From Nitrospiraceae bacterium (lineage in GTDB: Bacteria > Nitrospirota > Nitrospiria > Nitrospirales > Nitrospiraceae): a stretch of 64,000 nucleotides of DNA. Of the stretch, positions 20,676-31,737 are shown piece by piece. Numbering within the stretch: the first letter of the stretch is position 1; every line of letters starts with the position of its first letter. A model generated the notes under the pieces. The model did no database searches. It was not told where the DNA came from and was given only the letters and a program-made list of their open reading frames with translations. The stretch spans positions 128,001-192,000 of the forward strand of contig JBFWWG010000007.1 in NCBI GenBank assembly GCA_050246315.1, read 5' to 3'. A program made the position numbers and the translations under genes.

Positions 20676-21896
20676 CTACGCACTCACCTTGCGTATTCGA
20701 TGGTTGAACGTATCCGCAATATAGACCTGGCCCGCTCGGTCGACGGCAACCCCAAAGGGATAATTCAAGCTGGCATCGGAGGCCGCTCCTCCGTCCCCGC
20801 CGAATTGTGCCCGTCCTGTTCCGACAACGCGGGTGATGATCTTCTTACGCCGGTCCCAGCGACGCAGCAGATGACTATCCGAATCGGTAATCAGTAGGTG
20901 CCCTTCCCGGTCCAAGGCAATCCCGTACGGCCGCGAGAGACTCGTAGACCACTCGTGGGGCACTCCTTGGTAGCGATACTCGCTGCCGTCGCCGGCGACC
21001 GTGCGAATCATGCCGGTCGCAGAGTCCACTGCCCTGATGCGGCCATTGAACGTATCGGCCACATAGAGTGTCCCATCATCGCCCCAGGCGAGTCCACTGG
21101 GCCCGGCCAGCCCCGCCTCAACCGCCGGCATGCCGTCGCCGGTATAGCCGGCCTCTCCGGTCCCGGCCACCGTGACGATGATACCCGTGGCCAGATCGAT
21201 CCGGCGGACGCGATTGTTGCTCTGATCCGCGACATACAACCCGCCGCAGCCGTCGAGCGCCAGAGCGGCCGGCTCGTTCAAGGCCGCCTTGGCTGCGAGG
21301 CCACCCTCGCCGGAAAATCGACGTTGGCCGGTTCCCGCGATCGTGGTGATGATCCCGGTTTTCGGATCGACGCGCCGCACCCGATGGTTCATAGTATCCG
21401 CAACAAACAACGTCCCATCCGCATCGACCGCCACCGCGGAGGGGAAGTTCAGGCGCGCCTTCATAGCCGGGCCTCCGTCCCCGGCGAAATGTGCGCTGCC
21501 GTCCTGAGCCTTGCCGACTACGAATCGGACGGTACCTCCGAGATCCGCCAATTGCGCGAAGCGTCCCTCGGTTTGCGGCGCCGGATCGGCCAGGAGGTCC
21601 TCCGCGCCGCCGTCCATCGCCTCCGAGACGTGATCGGTTCCGGCAGGCGAGCCTGGCTCATCGGACTCCAAGTGTCCGGCCACGGTGGTGATGACGCCGG
21701 TCGCGGCATCGACTTTCCGAATGAGGTGATTTTCCGCGTCTGCAATATAGAGGTGTCCGCGATCATCGACGGCCACCTGTTTGGGCTCATTGAGGCGTGC
21801 GAGCACCGCAGGACCGCCATCCCCCGAACAGCCAGGTTCCCCTATGCCTGCAATGGTAGTGATGATGCCTGATTCAAGAGAGACTGAGCTGCTCAT
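20676..21896 (-). CDS. NHL-repeat beta-propeller protein
   Basis: Repeated IITTIAG-G...GDGG.A..A.LN.P..VAVD..G.LYIAD..N.RIR units; no signal peptide. Confidence 0.92.
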   Translation of the reverse strand: MSSSVSLESGIITTIAGIGEPGCSGDGGPAVLARLNEPKQVAVDDRGHLYIADAENHLIRKVDAATGVITTVAGHLESDEPGSPAGTDHVSEAMDGGAEDLLADPAPQTEGRFAQLADLGGTVRFVVGKAQDGSAHFAGDGGPAMKARLNFPSAVAVDADGTLFVADTMNHRVRRVDPKTGIITTIAGTGQRRFSGEGGLAAKAALNEPAALALDGCGGLYVADQSNNRVRRIDLATGIIVTVAGTGEAGYTGDGMPAVEAGLAGPSGLAWGDDGTLYVADTFNGRIRAVDSATGMIRTVAGDGSEYRYQGVPHEWSTSLSRPYGIALDREGHLLITDSDSHLLRRWDRRKKIITRVVGTGRAQFGGDGGAASDASLNYPFGVAVDRAGQVYIADTFNHRIRKVSA

Positions 21897-21986
21897 CGCC
21901 TCACCGATAACCTCTACATATCGGGCTATTGAAACACCGTGTTGGATTCACGAAAACCCACCATCGTAGATGACATCCGAAAGGCC

Positions 21987-22113
21987 GCAGGATGGTCAAA
22001 AAGACCGTCCAGCGCGGCCGCAGCGAGCGAAGAGGAGAGGCCGTACGTTTTTCGGTACGTCGAGCCTCTGAGCGTCGCGAGAACAATGCTGGCGGCCTTT
22101 TTCAACATCCTGC
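21987..22113. mobile_element. MITE-like repeat, copy 1 (127 bp)
   Basis: Terminal inverted repeats GCAGGATGGTCAAAAAG / CTTTTTCAACATCCTGC (15/17 match), followed by TAG; homologous to copies at 27110 and 44210. Confidence 0.8.
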
Positions 22114-23178
22114 TAGATTGCGGATGATCGCGTCGGTCATCTCCCCGGTCCCCACCAGCCGAGTTCCCGAACTGTGGATGTCCTTGGTCCGGTAGCCAAG
22201 GTCCAGCGTCCGCACGATGGCTGTTTCGATGGCGGCGCCTTCCTTCTCCAATTGGAGGCTGTAAGACAGCAGCATGGCCGCGGAAGCAATGGTCGCGATG
22301 GGATTGGCCACGCCTTTCCCAGCGATATCCGGGGCGCTCCCGTGAATCGGCTCGTACAGCCCCACCTGGGCTCCGATGCTCGCGGACGGCAACATGCCGA
22401 TCGAGCCGGTGAGCATCGCCGCCTCATCGCTGAGGATATCCCCGAACATATTGTTGCAGAGCAGCACGTCGAACTGTTTGGGGTTTCGCACCAACTGCAT
22501 GGCACAGTTATCCACGTAGATGTGATTCAACTCGACGTCCGGATAGCTCTTGTGGAGCTCGGTCACGACACGACGCCACAACTCCGACGATTCCAACACA
22601 TTGGCTTTATCCACAGAGGTTACTTTGCGCCGGCGTTTGCGCGCCGCTTCGAAGGCCACCTTGGCAATCCGTCTGATCTCCTCGGAGGTATATACTTCCG
22701 TGTTCACGCCTCGTTCGACCCCTCCGATCTTTTCGATGCCCTTCGGCTTTCCGAAATAGATGCCCCCGATGAGTTCGCGAACCACCAGGATATCGATCCC
22801 TTCGATGATCTCTCTCTTGAGCGTCGAGGCATCCGCCAGGGCCGCGTAAAGTTTGGCCGGCCTCAGGTTGGCGTACAGGCCCAGCGCTTCTCTCAACCCA
22901 AGCAAGGCCCGCTCCGGCCGCAGGCTGTAATCCAGGCCCTCCCACTTCGGCCCGCCGACCGCCCCCAACAGCACCGCATCGCTCTGCTTGGCGAGATTGA
23001 GGGTGTCCTGCGGCAACGGAACACCGATCTTATCAATGGCCTGCCCACCGACATCGGCCGAAACAAAATCAAAGGTATGACCATGTCGTTCGGCCACCAC
23101 CTTGAGCACCCTGACCGCTTCGGGAACCACCTCCCGACCCACGCCGTCACCAGCCAACACAGCAATTTTTGCCTTCAT
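22102..23178 (-). CDS. leuB: 3-isopropylmalate dehydrogenase
   Basis: [47 protein letters not shown]. Confidence 0.99.
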   Translation of the reverse strand: MKAKIAVLAGDGVGREVVPEAVRVLKVVAERHGHTFDFVSADVGGQAIDKIGVPLPQDTLNLAKQSDAVLLGAVGGPKWEGLDYSLRPERALLGLREALGLYANLRPAKLYAALADASTLKREIIEGIDILVVRELIGGIYFGKPKGIEKIGGVERGVNTEVYTSEEIRRIAKVAFEAARKRRRKVTSVDKANVLESSELWRRVVTELHKSYPDVELNHIYVDNCAMQLVRNPKQFDVLLCNNMFGDILSDEAAMLTGSIGMLPSASIGAQVGLYEPIHGSAPDIAGKGVANPIATIASAAMLLSYSLQLEKEGAAIETAIVRTLDLGYRTKDIHSSGTRLVGTGEMTDAIIRNLAGC

Positions 23179-23243
23179 GCGAGACTCCTGCCGTCCTCAC
23201 ACCCTGTTGCCCTACGCTCCTCCGCCTGACCGCACCCGAACCA

Positions 23244-23606
23244 TTACTCGCAGATTTCCTCATCCTCCGGCTTCCAAGCCGGATCCACCAGACAGAGGAA
23301 CTCAATGTCTTCAGTTCCCGTATTTGACAGGCTTTGCGTCGCCTGCGGCGGGACATACACAATGCTCCCCTCGCACACCGGCTGATTCTCCCGGTCGATC
23401 GAAAACTCACCTCTCCCGGCCAGGAAATAGTAGACCTCCGAGGATGCCAGCCGGTGCCACTTCGATCGCTTTCCAGGGGCGAGACGTCCGTGCGCCAGGC
23501 TGTACCCGAGCTTCAGGTCCTGCTTGCCGGGATGGATCAGTTCCCGAAGTCTCGTGTGGTCTCCGGCCAAAAATTCCAGACAGTCCGAAAGCTGAACGGT
23601 CACCAT
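23244..23606 (-). CDS. Cupin domain protein
   Basis: H....EVYY...G.G, VYVPP...Q...N.G, FLCLVDPAW. Confidence 0.85.
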   Translation of the reverse strand: MVTVQLSDCLEFLAGDHTRLRELIHPGKQDLKLGYSLAHGRLAPGKRSKWHRLASSEVYYFLAGRGEFSIDRENQPVCEGSIVYVPPQATQSLSNTGTEDIEFLCLVDPAWKPEDEEICE

Positions 23607-23651
23607 GCCGACACCCTTAAAATGAGAATCACTCTACCTGTCGCTTCTTCA

Positions 23652-25205
23652 TCAAATCAAGCTGACCCGCTGCAGGCCGGCCGCGTCCTTGCTGGCCCAA
23701 TAGGCCAGTTTATTGAGCGCATTGAGATAGGCGCGGCCGGACGCCACAATGATATCCGTATCCGACCCATGGCCGGAAACCACACGTCCGCTCTCTTCCA
23801 AACGAACCGACACTTCCCCCAGCGCATCGGTGCCGCCGGTAATCGCCTTGACCGCATACATCAACAGCTTGGCCTTGGTCCCGGTCATGGCCGCCATCGT
23901 CCGGAAGACCGCATCCACCGGCCCATCGCCATGGCCCGTCTGCCGGACCATCTGCCCGTCGAGATTCAGCTCGATCGTCGCCGTCGGCTTGTGACTCGTG
24001 CCGCTCTCCACATGCAACGATTGGAGCGTCACCCGCTCGGCGATTTTGCCTAGCTCGTCGGAGACGATGCTCTCCAGATCTTCCTCATAGATGTCCTTTT
24101 TCTGATCAGCCAGTTGTTTGAACCGTTCGAACGCCTGATTGAGCTCCTCGTCGGACAGCCGATAGCCCAATTCTTCGAGCCGTTGTCGGAAGGCATGCCG
24201 GCCGGAGAGTTTCCCCATGACCATCTTGCTGTCCACCAGTCCAACCGATTCCGGCCTCATGATCTCGTAGGTCGTCTTCTCCTTCAGCAGTCCGTCCTGG
24301 TGAATGCCGGAGGCATGGGCGAAGGCGTTGGCGCCGACGATCGCCTTATTGGGCTGGACAACCATACCGGTAATCTTGCTGACCAACCGACTGGCCTTCA
24401 GAATTTCCTCGGTGTTGACCTTGGTATCGGCGCCGTAGAACGCCCGTCTCGTGCGCAACCCCATCGCGATCTCTTCGAGTGACGTATTGCCGGCCCGCTC
24501 GCCGATGCCGTTGATGGTGCACTCGACCTGGCCCGCCCCTTCCAGGATCGCCGCCAACGAATTCGCCACCGCTAACCCGAGGTCGTTATGGCAATGGACG
24601 GAGATCACGGCCCGACCACTGTTCGACACCTTCTCGCGAATCCCACGGATGAGCGCGCCGAACTCCCACGGAACCGCATAGCCTACCGTGTCGGGGATAT
24701 TGACCGTGCCTGCGCCGGCGGCGATGACGGCCTCAATCACTTCATACAGATAATCGGGGTCCGACCGGCTCGCGTCCATCGGCGAAAACTCCACATCCTC
24801 CACGTATCCTCTCGCGCGCTGAACCATCTCGACCGCCCGTTTCTTGGCCTCCTCGCGGGTCATTCGGAACTGATGCTTGAGATGGATGTCGGAGGTGGAG
24901 AGAAACGTGTGAATCCTCACCTTGTGAGCCCCCTTCAAGGCTTCCCAGGCACGATCGATGTCTTCCGGACGGGCCCGAGCCAGGCTGCAAATGGTCGGAC
25001 CTTCCACCTCGTTGGCGATTCGGCGGATCGCCTCGAAATCCCCGGGAGAACTGTAGGCGAATCCCGCCTCGATCACATCCACGCCCAGACGGGCCAGTTG
25101 CTTGGCGACCATGACCTTCTCTTCGACGTTCATGCTTGCGCCGGGCGACTGTTCGCCGTCCCGCAACGTGGTATCAAAAATCCGGATCATCCGCAGGCTG
25201 TCCAT
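23652..25205 (-). CDS. leuA: 2-isopropylmalate synthase
   Basis: [38 protein letters not shown]-terminal regulatory domain GDGPVDA. Confidence 0.99.
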   Translation of the reverse strand: MDSLRMIRIFDTTLRDGEQSPGASMNVEEKVMVAKQLARLGVDVIEAGFAYSSPGDFEAIRRIANEVEGPTICSLARARPEDIDRAWEALKGAHKVRIHTFLSTSDIHLKHQFRMTREEAKKRAVEMVQRARGYVEDVEFSPMDASRSDPDYLYEVIEAVIAAGAGTVNIPDTVGYAVPWEFGALIRGIREKVSNSGRAVISVHCHNDLGLAVANSLAAILEGAGQVECTINGIGERAGNTSLEEIAMGLRTRRAFYGADTKVNTEEILKASRLVSKITGMVVQPNKAIVGANAFAHASGIHQDGLLKEKTTYEIMRPESVGLVDSKMVMGKLSGRHAFRQRLEELGYRLSDEELNQAFERFKQLADQKKDIYEEDLESIVSDELGKIAERVTLQSLHVESGTSHKPTATIELNLDGQMVRQTGHGDGPVDAVFRTMAAMTGTKAKLLMYAVKAITGGTDALGEVSVRLEESGRVVSGHGSDTDIIVASGRAYLNALNKLAYWASKDAAGLQRVSLI

Positions 25206-25321
25206 GGCGCACCCTCCATTCCTCGCTTGTCGTGAGCCGCCGGCGATTCAGGCGCAGCCTCTCTTCATTGGCGCCGGCGGAGAAACACCTCAAGGAGTTC
25301 TTCCCAATTGAGCCTCCAAAA

Positions 25322-25572
25322 CAAAAAAGCCTTCATCCCCTATCCAGGGACGAAGGCTTTCGCGCTCCGTGGTACCACCCTGATTCGATGTCGAGCCGGC
25401 TGATCCCGGCCCTTCATCCTTCATTGTCGCCCGTGTCGTGGGCCACCCGGAATCTGCTACTGGGCTTCACAGATTCGGCTCAGAGGCGAGTTCTGCGCGC
25501 GACCGGCTGGTTTGCACCGTCCACCAGCTCTCTCGGTTCGGCCGCTATCGCGTACTACTCCTCGTCAACGCC
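25322..25572 (-). ncRNA. T-box riboswitch (Leu, specifier CUC) upstream of leuA, with intrinsic terminator
   Basis: Minus strand shows AGTA, AGAGA and GGTG boxes in stem I, specifier GAA-CTC (25488-25490), stem II GAATCTG..GAA..AGTA..CAGATTC, T-box AGGGTGGTACCACGG, antiterminator partner CGTCCC, and terminator AAGCCTTCGTCCC...GGGATGAAGGCTTTTTT. Confidence 0.93.
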
Positions 25573-25573
25573 G

Positions 25574-26374
25574 TTACTCTTTATTTTCCAACACAGGCGT
25601 CTCAACCCTCGTTCCCCGCTTGCTCGCTGTTTTCGTCAGCAAGGCCACCATGCGGGCCAACGGACCTGAGATGGCATATCCGGCGAACGTAACAAATAGC
25701 ATAACCTGAGGCCAGGCCACGATCAACATCAGTGCGAGAATGCCCCACACGAGATAGGTGAAGTGCTGCCCTCGTCGGAACTTGAGATCCTTGAAGCTTC
25801 GATACTTGAGCGTACTGACCATCAACGAGGCGAGGCCGAGCGTGATGATCATGATCAAGACCGGCTTGACCTCGGACCCCATCTTCGTGATGTGCAGATC
25901 GAAAATGACCAGCGACGCGATGACGCCCGCCGCAGCCGGAATCGCCAACCCCGTAAAGTACTTGCTGTCCGCGGCGGCGACCGTGGCATTGAACCTGGCC
26001 AGCCGCACGGCCCCCATCGCCACGTATGCAAACATGACCGCGACGCCGAACATCCCGTGATCGCTCAAGGCGAAGGAATAGATCAACAGGCCAGGCGCCA
26101 CCCCGAACGACACGACATCGGACAGCGAATCGAACTCGACGCCGAACTGTCCGGTGCTGTTCGTCAGCCTGGCCAGCTTGCCGTCCAGCATATCGAAAAT
26201 CATGGCGACGAGGATCGCGATCGCCGCGGCCAAATGGTTGCCTTTGAAGACCGAGAGGATGGCGAACACGCCGCAGAACAAATTGCCGGTCGTACACAGG
26301 TTGGGAATAAGATACATGGCCTGTCGTTTTCGATTGCCCTTGGCAAAGGCGCCGCGCATACCATTCGGTTTCAT
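25574..26374 (-). CDS. pssA: CDP-diacylglycerol--serine O-phosphatidyltransferase
   Basis: PNLCT.GN, DMLDGKLAR...FG.EFDSLSD..SFGVAP, RLARFN. Confidence 0.97.
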   Translation of the reverse strand: MKPNGMRGAFAKGNRKRQAMYLIPNLCTTGNLFCGVFAILSVFKGNHLAAAIAILVAMIFDMLDGKLARLTNSTGQFGVEFDSLSDVVSFGVAPGLLIYSFALSDHGMFGVAVMFAYVAMGAVRLARFNATVAAADSKYFTGLAIPAAAGVIASLVIFDLHITKMGSEVKPVLIMIITLGLASLMVSTLKYRSFKDLKFRRGQHFTYLVWGILALMLIVAWPQVMLFVTFAGYAISGPLARMVALLTKTASKRGTRVETPVLENKE

Positions 26375-27021
26375 CGGAGTTCCCCCACGATCGTTTCACC
26401 GCCCTTCACGCGATCCCCGATGGACACCCGGATCGTGCTCGTCTCCGGCAGATAGAGATCCATACGCGATCCGAACCGGATCAACCCGTATCGCTCCCCC
26501 GTCGCGACCTGCACGCCTGACGTGAGCCAGCAGACAATCCGCCGCGCAATCAGTCCGGCCACCTGGACGCATAGGACCTTGACACCCTCGGCCGTCTTGA
26601 GACAGAGGGCATTCTGCTCATTTTGGATGGTCGCTTCCGGTTTATTGGCGGCCACAAACTTGCCTGGTTGATATACCACGTCTTCAACCACGCCGGCGCA
26701 GGGAATCCGGTTCACATGCACGTCGAACACGTTCAAAAAGATGCTCACCCGTGTGCTGGAGTCCTTGAGATAGCGCGGCTCGAACTCCCGGTCGATCGCG
26801 ATCACCTTCCCGTCGCCCGGCGCCACCACGATCCCGCCCTGCATCGGGACCCGTCTGGCCGGATTCCTGAAGAACCAAGCTGTAAAGAGCGTGAGGATGC
26901 CAAAGAGACATGTCGGGATTGTCCAACCGGCCACCCAGGCCCCGCCCGTCAGGACCGCCGCTCCGGCCACAAACGGCATCCCCTCCCGGACGATTGGTAT
27001 TCCGACCGCGCGATCAGCCAT
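26371..27021 (-). CDS. psd: Phosphatidylserine decarboxylase
   Basis: FFRNP.R, APGDG, IFLNVFDVHVNRIP, AGLIARRI, IRFGSR self-cleavage motif. Confidence 0.97.
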   Translation of the reverse strand: MADRAVGIPIVREGMPFVAGAAVLTGGAWVAGWTIPTCLFGILTLFTAWFFRNPARRVPMQGGIVVAPGDGKVIAIDREFEPRYLKDSSTRVSIFLNVFDVHVNRIPCAGVVEDVVYQPGKFVAANKPEATIQNEQNALCLKTAEGVKVLCVQVAGLIARRIVCWLTSGVQVATGERYGLIRFGSRMDLYLPETSTIRVSIGDRVKGGETIVGELR

Positions 27022-27109
27022 ACTGCGCCTGCTAGTCCGTTAAATGCCCTTATTGGACTCTCGAAACCACAGAACCCTACCCTATCGCAGATGGAATCGA
27101 AATAGGCCT

Positions 27110-27294
27110 CAGGACGTTCAAAAAGGCCGACATTCTCACCCCCCCAACCCCGGTGCGCCGGGACGCACCTTCTCTGGGGCAAAGCCACAGTGACTGAAGG
27201 GGCGAGGCGTACTCTGTCCTGTACGCTGAGCCCCTAAGCGACACGATAACCCGCCAGGCGGGTACCCCGGCTGGCGGACATTTTGAACATCCTG
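27110..27294. mobile_element. MITE-like repeat, copy 2 (about 185 bp)
   Basis: CAGGACGTTCAAAAAG...TTTTGAACATCCTG then CTAG (ilvC stop). The internal GAGGCGTAC...GTACG.TGAGCC.CT.AGCG core is shared with copy 1. Confidence 0.75.
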
Positions 27295-28913
<1,619 letters not shown>

Positions 28914-28920
28914 ATTCTAT

Positions 28921-29004
28921 AGTGCTGAGTGCTAAGTGCTCAGTCCCGACTCCTGAGTCTGAGGATCGTTGCGCCTCAGCACCGAGCACTCATCGCTCAG
29001 CACT
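28921..29004. repeat. Inverted heptamer tandem array between ilvB and ilvN
   Basis: AGTGCTG AGTGCTA AGTGCTC ... CTCAGCA CCGAGCA CTCATCG CTCAGCA CT; the two arms are complementary. Confidence 0.75.
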
Positions 29005-29008
29005 TCCT

Positions 29009-30784
29009 TTACGCGGTCAGCACCGTATCCTTGTCTTCCGGCAGAGCCTTCCCCGCCGCTTCCTGCTTCTGCTTGAGCTCGGGCGAATCGCTCAAGAGCA
29101 TTTCGTGGTTGCATCCGCCCGCGGGAATCATCGGGTAACAATTCTCGAACGGATAGGTCGGCACGTCCAGGATCACCGGCTTATCAATGTCGATCGCCTC
29201 GCGGATCGCCCCGTCCAACTCGGAGACCTTCGCGGCCCGAAGCCCCACGGCCCCATAGGCTTCAGCCAACTTCACGAAGTCCGGCGAAGTGCCGAGATCA
29301 CTACAGGCATACCGCCCTTCGTAGAAGAGGTCCTGCCACTGCCGGACCATCCCATGAAATCCATTGTTGATGACGACGATCTTGACCGGCAGCTTATGCG
29401 CTACCGCCGTGGCCAACTCTTGGGTATTCATCTGGACACTGCCGTCTCCGGCCACGCAGAGCACCAGCCGGTCTCGAAAGGCCGCTTGCGCGCCCATCGC
29501 CGCCGGGAATCCGAAACCCATCGTACCCAAGCCACCGGAGGTCAGCCACCGATTGGGGTTCGCCAACTTGAAGTATTGGGCGGTCCACATCTGATGTTGC
29601 CCTACGTCCGTCGAGACGATCGGATCTCGATCCTTGGTCAGCTCATAGAGCCGCTTGATCACATGCTGCGGCTTGATCTTCCCGTTTTGGTCCTGCTCAT
29701 AGGTCAAGGGATGCGCCTGCTGCCATTCCTTGATCTGATCCCACCAGGGCTTGCGCAGGTCCTTTTGCTCGCCGTTGACCGTCGCCCGAAGGATCTGATT
29801 GAGTTCCTGCAGCACGCGCTTACAGTCGCCCACGATCGGAATATCGACGTGAATGTTCTTGCGAATCGAGGTCGGATCGATATCGATATGAATGATCTTG
29901 GCGAAGGGACAGAATTCCGACACCTTGCCCGTGACCCGATCGTCAAACCGAGCGCCCACGGCGATGACGAGATCGGAATAGTGCATGGCCATGTTGGCCC
30001 AGTAGGTGCCATGCATGCCCAACATGCCCATCGAAAGAGGATGCTCTCCCGGAAACACGCCGAGCCCCATCAAGGTCATATCGACCGGAATCTGCGTCAG
30101 CTCCGCCAGTTCGAGCAACTCTTTGGAGGCTCCCGAATAGGTTGCGCCGCCGCCGACGTACAGAACCGGCTTTTTGGCCTTCATGATAGCGTCGGCTGCC
30201 TGCTTGATCTGCCACTTGTTGCCGTCATAGGTCGGGTTATAACCGCGGATCGCCACGGACGACGGGTAGTGGAATTCGGCCTTGTTCATGGACACGTCTT
30301 TGGGAATGTCCACGAGCACAGGGCCTGGCCTACCGGTCGTGGCAATATAAAACGCTTCCTTAATCGTCACGGCCAAATCGTTCACGTCCTTCACGAGAAA
30401 ATTGTACTTGGTACAGGGCCGGCTGAGCCCCACATTGTCGGCTTCTTGGAAGGCATCGTTACCGATCAAACTGGTCGGCACCTGCCCACTGAAACAAACC
30501 AAGGGCACCGAATCCATGTAGGCATCCGCCAGGGCCGTGATCACGTTCGTCATGCCTGGCCCGGATGTCACGAGCGCCACGCCTGCCCGCCCGGTCGCCT
30601 TGGCATAGCCCTCGGCCATGTGTCCAGCTCCCTGCTCGTGCCGAGTCAAGATGACCTCAACGTCCTTCTGCTGGTGCAGCATGTCGAAAATCTTCAGTAC
30701 GACGCCGCCGGGAAGGGCAAAGATGGTCTTCACCCCCTCGCGCTTGAGTGATTCGATGAAAATCTCCGCTCCTGTGAGCTTCAT
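29009..30784 (-). CDS. ilvB: Acetolactate synthase large subunit (biosynthetic)
   Basis: RHEQGAGHMA, TSGPG, GARFDDRVTG, DVGQHQMW, GDGS...NN ThDP motif. Confidence 0.99.
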   Translation of the reverse strand: MKLTGAEIFIESLKREGVKTIFALPGGVVLKIFDMLHQQKDVEVILTRHEQGAGHMAEGYAKATGRAGVALVTSGPGMTNVITALADAYMDSVPLVCFSGQVPTSLIGNDAFQEADNVGLSRPCTKYNFLVKDVNDLAVTIKEAFYIATTGRPGPVLVDIPKDVSMNKAEFHYPSSVAIRGYNPTYDGNKWQIKQAADAIMKAKKPVLYVGGGATYSGASKELLELAELTQIPVDMTLMGLGVFPGEHPLSMGMLGMHGTYWANMAMHYSDLVIAVGARFDDRVTGKVSEFCPFAKIIHIDIDPTSIRKNIHVDIPIVGDCKRVLQELNQILRATVNGEQKDLRKPWWDQIKEWQQAHPLTYEQDQNGKIKPQHVIKRLYELTKDRDPIVSTDVGQHQMWTAQYFKLANPNRWLTSGGLGTMGFGFPAAMGAQAAFRDRLVLCVAGDGSVQMNTQELATAVAHKLPVKIVVINNGFHGMVRQWQDLFYEGRYACSDLGTSPDFVKLAEAYGAVGLRAAKVSELDGAIREAIDIDKPVILDVPTYPFENCYPMIPAGGCNHEMLLSDSPELKQKQEAAGKALPEDKDTVLTA

Positions 30785-30896
30785 GTATAAATCCTCCCCC
30801 TCAAGTGAAACAGCCGGGATAGAGCTTCACGGCTCTCCCACAAGTGAGTGACAGACTGTCGAATTCTTATTGGAAAATAGGAGTTTAAGGGGTGGG

Positions 30897-30926
30897 ATCT
30901 TATCACTCGTTCAGGACCCTGGTCAA
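30897..30926 (-). promoter_or_regulatory. Putative sigma70 promoter of the ilvB operon
   Basis: TTGACC-18 bp-TAAGAT, with TG at the extended -10 position. Confidence 0.5.
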
Positions 30927-31000
30927 TACCAGGACCTTCGCCCTCCCCTGAGCCGACTTCCTTCCTCCCGGTACAGCGTCATGGTACAGTGCATTCCGCC

Positions 31001-31324
31001 ATGGCCTCCGAAAAGAAAGAACTGCTGATCTTCAGCCGCACGGGATGTCACCTCTGCGACGTGGTGGAAAAGATGGCTCGTCGTTTACAGAATGACCTTC
31101 ACCTGGAGATCTCCAAGCGCAATGTCGAGGAAGATGCCGCCCTCCTTCGGCGCTATGGCGACCGGATTCCGGTGGTGGTGCTGGATCGGGTTGAAGTTTG
31201 TAGTGGACCGATCACTCAACCGGCGCTGCGAGCAGCCATCGCGCAGGCCGGGAAGAAGGCGCGTTGGAGAAAGCCTATAAGCCGGATTCTGTCCCGCCTG
31301 AGTGAAGCACTCAGCCGGGGATGA
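31001..31324 (+). CDS. Glutaredoxin-like protein (DUF836-like)
   Basis: FSRTGCHLCD CxxC and RYGDRIPVV cis-Pro motif; the 3' end overlaps rnpB antisense. Confidence 0.85.
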   Translation: MASEKKELLIFSRTGCHLCDVVEKMARRLQNDLHLEISKRNVEEDAALLRRYGDRIPVVVLDRVEVCSGPITQPALRAAIAQAGKKARWRKPISRILSRLSEALSRG

Positions 31325-31669
31325 TCATTTCTCTGGGATGCGGGTTGCCCCGCACCTCAAGCGACCTACCCGAGGACCTCGGCCGGGCCAGCCTTGCGGC
31401 ACTCAAGGTGCCTCGTCCCCCTATTTGGCCTTGCTCCGGGCGACGCTTACCGTGCCGTTGATGTCGCCACCAACGCGGTGAGCTCTTACCTCACCGTTTC
31501 ACCCTTACCTGATCTGTACGAACGATCGCACAGCCATCGGCGGTTTGATTTCTGTGGCGCCGGTGTCGGATCGCTCCGCCTGGGTGTTACCCAGCGCCCT
31601 GCCCCTGGAGTCCGGACTTTCCTCCGGTGAGCTTGCGCTCCCCAGCGATCACCCGGCTTTCTTCAACGC
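31261..31669 (-). ncRNA. rnpB: RNase P RNA (type A)
   Basis: Minus strand has GAGGAAAGTCCGGACTCC, GGGTGAAACGGTGAGGTAAGAGCTCACC and ACAGAATCCGGCTTATAG; the P1 ends GCGTTGAAGAAAGCC / GGCTTTCTCCAACGC pair. Confidence 0.98.
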
Positions 31670-31676
31670 GTGGCAT

Positions 31677-31706
31677 AGTATACGAGTGATGAAGGAGACG
31701 CTGCAA
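31677..31706 (-). promoter_or_regulatory. Putative rnpB promoter
   Basis: TTGCAG-18 bp-TATACT, ending about 8 nt before the rnpB 5' end. Confidence 0.55.
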
Positions 31707-31737
31707 ACAACGGCGGCCCGAGACCGCCGGCGTCTAT

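Noticed and set aside
21926..22108. Short [21 protein letters not shown]...
   Set aside because: It is the translation of the MITE-like repeat, not a gene.
25574..27021. psd-pssA inside the ilv-leu cluster as a novelty
   Set aside because: The ilvC-psd-pssA-leuA order is a known arrangement in other bacteria.
28921..29004. CRISPR array
   Set aside because: Units are 7 bp with no spacers; no CRISPR repeats or cas genes were seen in the window.
28922..30751. 609-aa plus-strand ORF, and similar long antisense ORFs over mreB/mreC, leuB, hisD, rho and rpoD
   Set aside because: Shadow frames antisense to well-supported genes, expected with high-GC codon bias; no recognisable motifs.
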